64,000 bases of DNA. It comes from Cenococcum geophilum. Its lineage: Eukaryota. Every line of letters begins with the position of its first letter. Position 1 is the stretch's first letter. The notes beneath the pieces are model-generated. The model had not been told where the DNA came from. It saw only the letters and a program-made list of their open reading frames with translations, and ran no database searches. The translations under genes were made by a program, and so were the position numbers. Below are positions 1-13,000 of the stretch, piece by piece. Location: the NCBI GenBank assembly GCA_050273025.1, contig CP158635.1, forward strand, positions 14,384,001 through 14,448,000, in the 5' to 3' direction.

Positions 1-1492
1 CCTGCCTCAGAAGTTTCGGCGGCTGTTGGGATTTCTCGGCCTGAGTTTTATAATTTGTAACCTTGCGCCTCGGGTTTCCACATTTGAGCATTGAAGAATT
101 GCGAGAACTGTTCGTCGAGACAGTATCACTTCGAGATACTGGTGAATACATGGGTCCGGAGTCAATAGGCGTTGCTCTTGGGACTGGGAAGTGGGCTGCA
201 AAGGGATGGTAAAGTTTCCGTCTCGCTTTTCAGGCTGATCGAAAAGCATTGACTCAGAATTTGAAGAGAGGACTCATAGTTCACGACTGCGTGGGAGGCC
301 TCCTATCTTAGGCATTTGTATGGGTTCATCAGGCTGAGGGAAATAAGGCAACGGCTTCAGCCTTCTGTGCCGGTGACTCCAGCTCGGCCGAATTGATTGG
401 CGGGGAGAGAACCTCAATGCAACATTTGGGGCGGCAGTCGTCCTGTTCATAATGTTAGCCGATCGGGCCTAATGGGAACGAATACCAAATACTCTCTAGC
501 CTTATTCGACCTTTGTAATATTCGCCCTTGGGCGCATGTTTTAGAATACACGAGATAAAAATTTTGAGGCATGTTATACGAGGCTAAGATGCTTAGAGCA
601 GGGCAGCTCAAACCTCTAGAGCAGATAACCTTTTTCGTTGATGTCGTGTCTAAGTATTCTATCATTCCTAAAAGAGTGTGAGGTGATAAACACTCACGCT
701 AATTGAGTAGCGCTTAGCTTTCCGATGCCCTGAAACTTGCAAACTCATTATACTGAAGGAACGCGCGGACAGACGAAGACGGGCGAGTTTGGCCACATAT
801 TTTCCAGTCCAGACTACCCTATTAGATTGTCATTGATGTTTGAGATCTACCTCAAGAGTTATTTGATGGATTAGGGCCACGCCGTACTTTTAAACTCTGT
901 AAATGGCTGTCAGACAGTTTTCTTCTAGCAAAGACTACTTCAGCCGCAACTATGTCACTTTCGTTGAGCTGCCATAATTGAGTTGTTTTCGTCGACATTT
1001 ATATTCCTGTGTCCTTTCATATGAGATTAGTTCGAATATCGCGAAGGAATGTGCGGTGTTTGTGCATGGTGGAGCTGGTAAATGGATCTAGCAATGAAAT
1101 CGAGGAATTTACCAAGTCCGCCAGGGTTAGAAATATAAGGGCTAGCGCTCAGTAATGCAACCATCGGCCTGCCATAAATTGTGCCATCAACTGTAACTAT
1201 TCAAACTCCGTCAACAATAAAGGGGGAAGGGGCGAAAAGGGATGAGTAATCCCCGTCTCGTCGTGTATTTGGCCTTGCGTCAATAAAAATATTGTGAATG
1301 TAACTTTAGATCCTGGCATGAAATGAGCAGAATGGCTCCAAGTATTTCAGAATGAGAAAGGAAAGCACTGTAGTTCTGAGGTAGGTCGATATATCATTCA
1401 GAAGCTTTGCCTCGTCCATGTAAGCCTAGTCTAGCTAAAGCTTTGTGTGCTGAACAATATGCTAGAATTCAGAGAAACCAATGATGATAAGT

Positions 1493-3746
1493 TTATCCTT
1501 CGCCACCATCAGCGCCATCTTCGGACTCTATTTCGTTCCACTTGTCTTGCTGTCTGCTTTTGCCCTTGTTGCTACCGATTGGATCTTGAGTAGCGGCGAT
1601 GCCGCTAGAAGTAAGGTAGAGAAATGTTGGTTCTTTGTAGTTGTCAATGTGCGTAAAAAGGGTGTTGAAACTATTGGATCTTTCAGTAAAAATTAAAGCT
1701 GTGGAGGCACTTCAATCATGGCTACTTACTGGTTTCCTTCCTCTTCCTCTCGGAAAATTCTCTCGTAGATCTCCCTCTGTTTGAATTCATTGATAACTTG
1801 TTCATACCTACTAAAATCAATATTCTCTCTTCCATGTCTCTCTGCTTGATGGGTGTTGTAGCTGTCGAAAACGGGCTGTTCCAGCAAGAGACCGAGACCG
1901 GGAACTCTCGGAATGCTCAAATTTACGTCTTCAAATGATTCTGTGATTCTGCTTGTTGGGCAGCCGCACCGTACTACCAGCGCAGCCATGCCGACCATCT
2001 TGCGAATTTGATGCATCATGAAGCTCTGTCCATGAACTTTTAAGCTTAGCCATTCGGTACCGTTGATGATTATAGGTTTCTCGCCGGTCTTGAATGACTT
2101 GATATGTCTTTTCGCGGATGGATCCTTGAACTTTTTTAACGTTGTGTAGTTGTGATAGTTTTTGGTTCCTATGTATTGGTCAAGAACTTCTTGAAGACGC
2201 GCTATCCGAGCGGGTGAGATACGGTAAGCTTTCCTAGCATTTATGTATGCTTTCTTTAGAGGTTTCATGGTGGCCTCAAGAGCTTTCTTTTCAGGTGTTG
2301 AATCAGGAAGGGGGACGATGTCGTCGATGCTATTCACTATGAAGTCTGCTTCGCTAGTATTGGTGATTTTATGGTGAGAAATGACTTCGGTGTCCAAATT
2401 AGGGGCACTCAATGTCTCTTTGACATCACCTCCAACGCTGGGCTGGGCCTCCTCAATTTCGATGGTCTGAGTTGTTTGCGGTGGCGCCTGCAAGCTTGGT
2501 TCCCCCCCTCTTACTTCCTCTGAAGCATAATCTCCCTGCGCGATTTTGCCATCAGCATGATCGATGACTTTAGTCGGTTGTATCTTGTCAGCTTCTAGTT
2601 GGGCACTAGTACGTGGGCCACCTTCCTCTATTCCATCAGCTTCGTACAGAGCCATCTCTATTAGAGGTCGTATAGACCCATCCAAAGTCTCGAGTATAGG
2701 CTTGATGTGTTTTTCTTCCACTTCAGGCCAGAAATTCGCGACCTCTTCTTGCCGTCTGTTGTATTCATCCAGCTCACCAAACTTTTCCGCCAATTCAACG
2801 AGCTTCTTTCCCAAAAAGCTTGAAGGGTGTGGAGGAAGGAATGAATATGTTGGTATCAGGTATTCGTACCACCGCGAGTCACATGCCTGGTAGCAACTGA
2901 AGGCACCTGTTGTTCGTTCAATACCCCATATCCTGATTTGAGGGGAAAGGTGGCTGTTTATTTTCTCGACAATATCTGAGTCTTCGATAATCAACTTTAA
3001 GGAAATTACGTTGCCAGCAGCGTGAACTCCTTTATCCGTCCTTGCGCAGCGCACGAGCGAGGATTTTTTGGGGTCGTCCGCATTGGCTTTGGAGATTGCT
3101 CCAGCGGCTACGAAGGCCGTGAAGAGGTCACCCTCAATCGTCTTTTGAGTAGTGTCTCTTTCAGCGAGTTAGCGTAATTAGCTCCAGGTAGGGCGATCTT
3201 AGTGTTTACATTTGCATTCCCTTATAGCCAGTTCCAGAGTATCCAAGCAGAACAGCAACTTTGCGTTTAGGCTTTCTCTCCTCTGCATCAATCTCATCCT
3301 TAGAGAATGCTGACGGTAGAACTGAGTCAAATTTCTTGCCATCCTCTTCTATTTTTCGCCGCTTTGACTGCTCGGCCTCGTTGCGGCCTCTTCTGTCTAG
3401 TTGCTCGCGGCTTGCTTAGTTAGATTTGCGCTTCAATAGGGCAATTGGCTCGTTACAAGTGATCCCGACGTCCCAGATTCTTTTTCTTATCTCCACCGCG
3501 ACTGCCATGCTGCAACTTTCCCTTACCTTCCCATTTGTGTTTTCTGTCATTTCGGCCCGAGCCACCACGCTGTTGGTCTGGGACGTTTTCGCCAGGTGAC
3601 TTATTGCGCGTAGACTTGGGAGCTTGGTTTTTTGTAGGTTTAAAGTCCATTGTGGCCGTTGAAGAAGTACTTTGGGGGTTTTCAGGAACCTCCCAGGCGC
3701 TGGCCACAGGAACATCTGCAGTTTGTACTGTATAAGAATTTGGCAT
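1493..3746 (-). CDS. PUS1: tRNA pseudouridine synthase 1 (TruA family), 4 exons
   Basis: Spliced translation gives KRKVAVLLGYSGTGYKGMQ...TIEGDLF...RCARTDKGVHAAGN (catalytic RTD) and GQSFMMHQIRKMVG. Three GT-AG introns near 3455, 3210 and 1729; stop TAA at 1495-1493. Confidence 0.93.
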
Positions 3747-3990
3747 TGAACATCAGCACTCTAAGTTTCATCGGCAGATTTTCGTCGGAGGCTTCCTTGG
3801 CGCTCAGGCAGAATTATATACCGCCAAACTTACCGCAATATATAGGGCTGGCTATCAATCGCGTTTGCGATGCATTTCCTTCTGCCTTGGATCTCACCTC
3901 ACCCACCACCTCTTCATCGTTGAACGTCAAAAATCTGTATCGGATGAGCAATTTAGTGTCCTCGGAGTGCTGAGCCTCTCAGGAGCAGAC
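3747..3990. promoter_or_regulatory. Short bidirectional promoter between PUS1 and TFA1
   Basis: Divergent start codons at 3746 (-) and 3991 (+), 244 bp apart. Confidence 0.6.
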
Positions 3991-5331
3991 ATGGATCCCG
4001 TGGAACTTGCGCGAGTCTTCGTCAAGACAGTTGTGCGCATGTTTTACGAGACTGAGCACGTCGTAGTCATCGATGCGCTTGTATTCCATGGAGCGTGCGT
4101 CTATATGCGCGTTCTTTACATAAGGCTCTAGCTGATGAGTCCTAGGCTATCACTTGCTGACGTTGCTATGGTTTTGGATTATGGCAAACAACTCAAGACA
4201 GCCCAGAAACTCTGTGGTAAACTGAAAGAAGGTGGACTTGTTTCGGTGTAAGTGTGCAACACTCTTAAAGAGAGGCTTATCTCTGACTTCCTTAGATTTG
4301 CTCGCCCTGAACTTCGTGATGGGGCCATGAAAGCCATTACTCGAGAATACTACTACGTCGACTACCGCCGAGCCATCGATGCAACCAAATATCGGATACA
4401 TATGTTGGATGAGAGAATAAAGGACCACAGCAAGCCGACACAAGAAAAGAAGGAGTTTTTTTGTCCACAATGCAGGTCACAATGGACGACAATGGAGGTT
4501 CTGGATAAGATAGATCCTCTAGGGCGAGAAAGCGGGTTCCTTTGCAAGCAATGCGACCATCCTCTTGATTCTATCCACAATACACGAGATGCTGAGCCAG
4601 AGAATGACGATACACCTGCGAAGTTCAACAGGCAATTTGCGAGTCTTCTGAAACTGATGCAAGAAATTGATCAAGTTACCATTCCGGCTATCGAAGGCGA
4701 AGAAGCCGTACAACGTGCGATTGAGCTTCCTCGTGACAGTGAGATTAATCCAGCTGCGAAACATGAGCCGGTAGCAATGCAGACAGTTCGACCTACCGCC
4801 GTGAAAGGGATTGCCACCGATCCTGAGAAGATCGAAATTTCCATCGCTACAGACAAGGAGTACACAGAGGCAGAACGAGCCGCAGAGGCTCAGAGAAATG
4901 CTCAAATTGCCAAACAGAATCAGCTTCCCGAGTGGCATGTCAAGTCGACTGTAGACAACAAAGAGTATACCACAGGTGTGACTAGCTCAACTCTTCCGGT
5001 TAACGGAGCCGATACACCTTCCTATAAGCTGGAGCCTGAAGATGATGTTAAGAAGACTGGAGATCCAACGCTGGATGCTTACTTCGAGCAATTGAAAGCA
5101 GAGCAAGAACGACAAGCCAAGGAGGCTCAAGAAGAAGAGGAGGAGGAGGAAGATGATGATGATGAGTTTGAAGATGTAGTCGCTCTGGAAACGAATGGGA
5201 CTCCAGATGTAAAAAGGGTGAAGGTAGAATCACCTGTCCAGAAGATCGAACTAGCTTCTCCCGCTAGAGTGCCATCTCCTCTAGCTCTAGGGGAGGAATC
5301 TGATGAGGATGAGTTTGAAGATGCTATTTGA
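3991..5331 (+). CDS. TFA1: Transcription initiation factor TFIIE alpha subunit, 3 exons
   Basis: Starts MDPVELARVFVKTVVRMFYETEHVVVIDAL; REYYYVDY; zinc ribbon CPQC...CKQC; QNQLPEWH; acidic C-terminus DEDEFEDAI. Two short introns at about 4095-4145 and 4247-4295. Confidence 0.92.
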
Positions 5332-5713
5332 GTTCGGTTGCATACAGCGACGGAGTTGCGGTGATTTTTGGAGTCTTATATCTCTCGGTATTGGCATTTT
5401 TATTGGCGTAATAGATAAGCTCAAGAGAGTGAAAAGGCAGTTCGAAAGCGCGATGCCTCTCGTGCAATTGTATCAATAGCTCGTGCAAAGGTCATAAATA
5501 TAGATATTTGGTTCAAAATGTTAGTAATGCTAGCTCTTCTTAAGGCCCACTAGGGGATCATTCAGCCCTATGGAGGCATACAATGATTTAGCGAGCATCA
5601 CCCACTTCCCCACCACGAACATTACAAACTCCGAGATCCTTTGATTTCTGACCCATCAAGTGCGATCCGATACATCTTTCCCACATGGAGCAATTATAGC
5701 GCGAACTCGAACC

Positions 5714-7831
5714 ATGGCCGCACCAATATCTGCCGCCGCAAATTCTCTTTTGACCCTCCTCCGCCAAACCACCATCGACGACCACGAAGAGGTCCTGAAA
5801 GCCGCCAATGCCGCACTCAAGAAGACCAAATCGGACTTAGAAGCGCAGCATGTTAAGGCTGTCGCACTGTTGAACCTCGAAAGATACGATGATGTGCTCA
5901 AGGTTTTTGAGGACGGCGGAGATAGGTTGAAAGAGAGGGCGAAGTTGGAATATGCATATGCGTTGTATAGGGCTGGACATCAGGTTGAGGCGGTGAAAAT
6001 TGCGGAGGCTGTGGATGGTGGGCGTGGGGTGAGGCACGTTCTGGCCCAGGCAGTAGGTTTGAGTGGTTTTGGATATGTGGACATCCGATTGATGTTTGAT
6101 ACAGGCATACCGTACGGAAAACTTTGAGCAAGCAGCGGAAGTTTACAGACAGCTATCAGGCAGACAGGCCGCTGTGGAGGACGAAGAAAATGATCTCAGG
6201 ATCAACAGCGGAGCTGTGGATGCACAATTAGAATGGACAGGGCTCGGACATCTGGCACAGAAAAAGAAGCCAGCAAGGGAGGATATGGAGGCTTTTGAGA
6301 CGGCATACAATGCAGCATGTGGAAGCATATCTAGAGGGGAGTTCGGCCAAGGGGAGATCCTGCTGAAGAGAGCAAAGGGTTAGTGACCTCTGCTCTGGGG
6401 CTTCGACACGCTAGCTGACTCGAGTCCTAGACCTATGTAATGCCTTGGAGGACCTTACAGAAGCCGAGAAAAAGGCAGAATTGTTGCCGATAATTGTGCA
6501 ACAGGTATACGTCCTTATTCAACTGGGCAAGGTCGACGAAGCTGAAGAGCTCTGCATAAATATCCCATTTGCGGAGTATGTATTGTTAGAGGACAAAGTA
6601 TTTTACCTGGTAACTGACGTGCTATAGAATCCGCGAACTCTCAACTCGACATATTGGTCAGGTTAACTCCCTATCAGCGTCGAAACTTCATACGAACCCA
6701 TACCTATCACACCGTCTCTTCCATTCTACACCAAAGCGCGACAAGACCGACCAGCACTTTAAATTCCAAGCGAACATTCTCCACCAGGATGAGTACGTAA
6801 TGGATCTCCTATCAAAGAAATATGCCGGGGTAGCCAACTCCACTGCGGCCTATATCTCTGAGCATCCATCTCCAACCACATCTCCGGATGTTAACTCCGT
6901 TGCCGTCCTTAATGCGGCCGCACACGCACACAATGCAACTGGCAAAGCCGCCTTAAAAGAAATCATTCCCCTCCTTGAGAAACGGCCCAATGATATTGGC
7001 CTTTTACTCACAATCACAAATCTCTACATCTTAACAAATAATCACGCTGCTGCCGTCAACCTCCTCGAAACCTTCTTCAAGCGCCTCGAACAATCTGCCA
7101 CTCTCTCCGACCTGGACGCCCGCTTCGCTCCCGGTCTCATCGGTACTCTAGTCTCCCTCTATGCTCTGCAAGGTCGGAAATCCCAAAGCAAATCCGAACT
7201 CGCAAAGGCAGCGAGCTACTGGCGACATAAGTCCAAAAACCCTCCAAAGGCACTGATGAGAGCAGCTGGTACTGCTCTATTAGAAAGCCAGAACCCGGAG
7301 GACCTAGCCAGCGCAGGCGAGATCTTCGCTGCGTTATACGAGCAGGACCACTCGGACCGCGCTGCTATAGCTGGCCTGGTCGCCGCACATGCAATCACGG
7401 ATCCATCAAAACTCAACCCAGAGCTCGTCGGCTCGCTCCCGCCCGTCTCGCGTCTTGTGGCAGATATCGACGCCGCGGCACTCGAGGAGGCGGGCGTTGC
7501 GGTCCCGCCCGCGGCACCAGTGCCAGAGAGCAAGAAGCGGAGCGCGATGGGGAAAACCAAGCCGGTGAAGGCGAAAAGGATTAGGAAGAGCCATATGCCG
7601 AGTGATTTTGACCCCAACAAGAAGATGGATCCGGAGAGGTGGTTGCCAATGCGCGATCGTAGTTATTATAAACCTAAGGGCCGGAAGGGGAAGCAGAAAT
7701 TGGCCGGACTCACGCAGGGAGGCGCGGTAAGTGAGGAGAAGGAGAAGGCTGTGAGTGAGCCGAGGGCAAGTGGTGGTGGAGGAGGGGCGGCGAAGAAGAA
7801 GAAAGGGAAAGGGAGGGGTGGGAAGTGGTAG
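5714..7831 (+). CDS. SRP72: Signal recognition particle subunit SRP72, 4 exons
   Basis: N-terminal TPR-like helices, FETAYNAAC, C-terminal RNA-binding motif DPERWLPMRDRSYYKPKGRKGK, Lys-rich tail; three short introns. Confidence 0.93.
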
Positions 7832-8018
7832 GCTAGAGTTCGGCACGTCATAGCTGTGATAGTTATGGGTGTTGTGGAAATATGGTATAAGCACGAATGC
7901 TAAGAACAAGATTTGAATGCAAAAATATTTGCCGCGCCTCAAGCCAAAGGGCTATCCTGATTGGAATTTATCTAATTATATATCAGGCAGCGATGGCAGT
8001 AGTATCGCAAAAGGACAA

Positions 8019-9241
8019 TTATATATCACTCTGCGATCGGCCACCACCGGCATAGCCCTTTTTCTTCCTCTCTCCCTTCGACTCCTTGCTATCAACCTCA
8101 TCTCCCTTTCCATCCCCACCTCCCTCACTTGAAATCTTTGTTCCTAGCCACCCACTTCCCACCCCCTCACTCAACATCCCTTCCCTCACCCACGGCACCT
8201 CCACCACCCCGAGCTGGTCCCGTGCATACTGCACTAGCGTGTCCGCTCCCGGCGCCTCTTCCATAATCCCTAGCGCGCCTACCCGCGGTAGGTGCAGCGA
8301 GCTAGCCAGCCGCGTTTCTGAAGCAGGCGAGAGCAGAACTATGCGGGTTGCAGGAAGAGCTGGGTGAGCGAGAGAAGCGAGGTGCGTCAGAATTGGAAAG
8401 TGTGCATGGGGGAGGGAGGATGACGGGGAAGGGTGTGGGAGAACGAGGAGGGATAGATGTGCAGGCGTTAGGGCTCCTGTGCCAGTAGGACCTGTTGCAG
8501 AAGATGGTTGTTGAGGGTTGTGCTCTGGTTGCAGGGAGCGCGGAGCGGAAAGCGCGGCGAGTGATTCGAGGTGGCGGGTTGCGCTGTTGAGGCCGATGGT
8601 GAGGTAAGCGGAGAGAGCTGGGACTGGTGGTGGAGGGCCTGGTGCTGGTTCTGAGGAGAGAGGAAGGCGTTTGCGCTTCTTGCCTTTGGAGCGGACTATG
8701 TGGGTATCACGGTGACGGCCGAGGGGTGCGAGGAGGCTGTAGGGTTAGCTATAGTAATGCGACGATGTGAAGAGGAGTTGGAGGGCGATGGGAAAGCAAT
8801 GGGTGAATATAGATGAGGTGCCTTAAGAGATTTGAAGTTTGATATGTTCAAGCAATTTAGTAAAGACAACAGTAGCATTTGAAATTCAAGAAGTTTCCAC
8901 GTTGAACCGTAAAGATAGAGGTATGTATGAACTGTTATTCGGGATGATGCGGAATCAGGCAATGTATTGGACTAAGAGATGATCATTGACCCAAACCATA
9001 AGACAAAATATTCAAAACAAGAAAGTATTCTACATATATGAGAGAAATATCCTTACTTGCAGAGCATATCTAAGATGATGTCGTGGTCCTTTGGAGCGAT
9101 TTGCGGCCTAGCAGGGAGTAGTGTTGGTTTAGCAAGCCTGTATAATCAGTGGCTAACCTACCATATAGTTGCAGTGAACGGCGAATCGACCTTGAAGACC
9201 TGTTTTAGGCCCTTCTTCGACGGTGCTCCGCCCGGTGCCAT
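8019..9241 (-). CDS. POP3: RNase P/MRP subunit Pop3-like protein, 3 exons
   Basis: Spliced translation MAPGGAPSKKGLKQVFKVDSPFTATIW/PQIAPKDHDIILDMLCN/LLAPLGRHRDTHIVRSKGKKRKR...LTIGLNSATRHLE...LHLPRVGALGI...VEVPW resembles fungal Pop3. Canonical introns; intron 2 is 9056-8737. Mostly missed by the ORF track. Confidence 0.8.
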
Positions 9242-10005
9242 TATGATAAGGTGAGCGGCGATTAGGGTGATGCAGCTTAATTGTAAAAAAATGTTGACAC
9301 TGCCCTAGTATCTCTGCAAATATGTACGTTTCTACAATCAATACCAGATATAGTTGTGATTTTCCAAACCTGTTTGCTGTGTTGGAACAGCGTAGAACGG
9401 TAGGTTTGTGTTTGGACGGGACAGGATAGGAATTTCTTAGATAGCCTCTTTGGTCTCTGGGCGGTGCGTTCGGAGCGCCCGGATTGAATTTTCTGATGCA
9501 GCTAAGGCTAGGTCAATCGAAGCATTGGTGATAGTGACTGTACCTGCTCGTGATCGGTGCCTTGGTGTTGAGTTTTTCGCAGCACGGGCCAAGGTGGACC
9601 AATAAGCAGCGTGTGCCGTCCTCTTTGAACCTAGCGCGGCGCTAATGTTATCGACTCCCGCCGACAAGCCCAAGCTCTTGTGAAAGTGCCATTCTGCCCC
9701 ACGACGCGTAGCTGCAAATCACCATCACCACAAAATTGGCTTCTATCAAAGAAGCTTCTTTCGTTCGTCTTTTTCTCTCCTGCGGGAAGCTCCATGGTGC
9801 TGCTGTGGCGCTGCAATTATTCCCTCCTGCCATTACCATTGCCATTGCCTGTCTAGGCTGCCACCCCAATACCCACCTAACCTTTCCTTCCCAGACCGCA
9901 GCCTTGCCTGCCTCATCCACTAGCTGTGGAAGGCCTTCGCCTGCCTCCCTCTTGGAGTGCTCCGCGTACTCATCATCAAACTTTCCTCTACTAACCTGCT
10001 GACTC

Positions 10006-13000
10006 ATGAATGAGGATGATCTGATGGAGTCTGTTGACCTCACACAAACTTCCGGCACCTCCAGTCCTCCCCGCCGCGACTCCATGGAAGACGCTGACTC
10101 TACGCTGACCCGTAAACGACCACGCCTTGACAGCGGCAGTAGAGCTACACGAAGCATGTCAGCAGATGTGATAGCCAACGGCCCGCAGCCCGGAAACGCC
10201 ACCGCCGAACCCGTCGAAGTTACAATCAATGTTCGATCGCAGCCTCCCTCTTCCGAAGCAGGCAGCTCTGGCGACCCACCCAACGCCGCTCCAGAGCTTG
10301 CTCCCGGCAGCAATGATACCCCTTCGCCACCCTTGATTGTTAATCAAGGAGATCCGGCTGGTGTTGAAAACGTATCGGCGGAGAGCCCACCGGTTGTGGA
10401 GATTGAGCTGGATGATGACACCGAAGAGGGAATGGATGACTACATGGGACAACATGTCATCCAGATTGACGGTGAGGATGAGTCGCCGGCGGACTACTTT
10501 AACCAATTCCCCTACGTCGCGCGATACACGATCCTGAATGCCATGCGTGCCATTACAGAGCATATTCAAGGAGGTACGATTTTAGACTTTTAGACTCTGC
10601 CTCTATAGCATTCCCACCTCCAACCAATACTAACATCTATCTAGCAAATCCAATTGAAGCATCTGCTCTTCCCGGAGTTACCCATTGGCTTGATATCGCA
10701 CCCGATCGTCATGCCCACTGGCGAGCTGTCTACGTCGATCAACCGAACATCTGGGATGAACTGTCGTCTATATTCACAAGGGTACTTCAACGGCGGTACG
10801 GATAAATCTTCTTTACTCATCTGCAAGTCTCGCTTACATGAACAGGTATCCTTTCGGCGACGAGTTTTGCGGTCCAGGTGAGACTGAAGAAAGCATCATA
10901 TTTAGTCTTCTTCGAAGCTACGTGAGGCTTTGTGCACGGCTTCTACACGTCGATGCCGAAATTCTAAACCGCTTTCCCGGTGAAACTCTAGTGGACCACC
11001 ACCTGCTATGTCTCAAGCACCTAAAGGCACTGAACGCCATTCTCCGTGCAGAGGGAGCGGCGCTTTTCCGTCTTCTGGCCAAAGACTACAACGTAGATAT
11101 ACGAGTCATGGGTTTGTCGCTTGTGAGGGACTTTATCAAGCCAACAACAAACGGCTTGCACTACTTAGCTCAGTTTGCAGAGCTGGCGTGGGCTAAGGTT
11201 CAAGGTGCTACTAGGAACCATATTGCAACAAACGTCTTACAGCTTCTGGAATGTACAGGTTGGAGTATCATCGATATTCCCACTCTGGATACTGGCGTCG
11301 ACCGAACCAAATTCTCCCGCACTGCTCTCCGAGTCTTTAGGAAATTTGATGAAGATCTTCAAGTAGCCGGGAAGATTCTTGATGTTGGCTTCAACCGCGA
11401 CATGGTACTGCTATGTGCGAAGCTTCTACACTGCCTTGTTACAATAGACGACCAGACTGCCCGGGATCTCGCAGAGGAATTCCTGGAAAAACCTCGAAGC
11501 CAATCAGTGGAATCCGGTGCTATTCAAAGCATTGACACAAAAGCCAGAGCCAACACCGCCCGGCATGAACCTCAATTTCTGCCTGCTTTAATATCCAACG
11601 CTTGGAAGTTCAAATTACTCAAGAAATATATTTTGAAAGGTCGAATGGAGCTGCGCGTCATGTGCATTGGTACTATGGACTCGGAATTGGTCGAGATTTG
11701 GAAGGAATACAATGCTTCTGACAAGGGGACAAACCATCCGGTTATGCAGTACCTTGCCGAGTTTTTACTTCGAGAGAAGGTCATCGATTATATTATTGGC
11801 GTTGATTCTCATCCACAACTCATCTCACGCAGTGGCAACATTGTTGGCTTCCTTGTTGTCACCCACCGGTATACAGAGGCACAAACTGATGCTATTTGGG
11901 AAACTGTCTCCACCAGCCCAGATCCCCGGGTAGTTTCCGCCACCATTGTAATGCTCAGGAATATTGTGAATCTCATGGATACCCCAGAGCTTCTCTACAT
12001 TTGTGCCAAGCTCTACGAGCTGCCAATTGAGGCTTATACTTTGGAAATATTGAGATTCTGTCGAGATGTCAGCCCAAGGATTCAACAAAGATTCAAAGAT
12101 TGGTCCACCGTAGATCCTAGGTCGAGGCCTTCTCAACTCTGCGTACGACTGATCCAGGACACGGCACCAAGTAGGGCTTCCACCAAGCTCATCAATGCTT
12201 TGCACGTCGAAGCATCCGACCAACTACGTGCCCTTGCACTTTCCGTAGGCCTGTATGAACGCGAAAAAATTTATGAATCCTGTGTTCGAGACATTAGAAA
12301 TAAAACGAATAAGGCAACAGGAAGCGCCCACGCTATTCATATCCTCTGTTGCACATCATCTCCTGAGGATACAATATTATTAACAGAGCGATTTGACTTG
12401 GCACGATATTTGATCCCTGAGCTTTGCGCGTTTGTCCAAGCTGAGAGGACCCAAGATCCCAGCCCGTTTCAAATACCTGCTATGCAATACCGTCTAGATC
12501 TAATAGCCTACATTATTGCCTGGAATGCGAAATCTGTACCACTAGAGTTATACGAGGCGCTCTGGGACCATCTTGTAGGAAAATATGCCTTGGACAACTC
12601 CATTCGCGACATTGCTTGGTCCAGGCTGACTGACGCGGCGAAGTTCAAACCGTCAAATGTTTTTTGCAGTCGCCTCATCTCCGACCATATTCCAAAACTA
12701 GAGCCAGTTTTCTTCACATTTGGTCTCTACGATTTCATTCATCATATTACTCTGCCTTTGATGAAGAAGAAGATGGTTTCTAAGACTGACGGCCGTGAGC
12801 TCCTGGAGGTTCCAGGGGCTAGTCTTTTGTGGCGTTTTATACTAACAGCACCTCCTGGAACTATCGAAGATCTTTCCGCTACCCTATTGGCCACACGGTA
12901 CATAGAGGTCTATCGCTGTAAAGGTGTTTCCCTCGATGAACTAGAAGATGCCCATGTTGCACTTGTAGAGCAATGCACTGAGCGGCTTCTATCGTCGTAT

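Noticed and set aside
1..700. Short minus-strand ORFs, including a frame from ATG 151 running off the window
   Set aside because: No recognisable motif; it could be the 5' end of a gene outside the window but cannot be supported from here.
8950..8990. C/D-box snoRNA in POP3 intron 2 (ATGATCA ... CTGA)
   Set aside because: The box C is imperfect, the boxes are too close together, and no terminal stem is evident.
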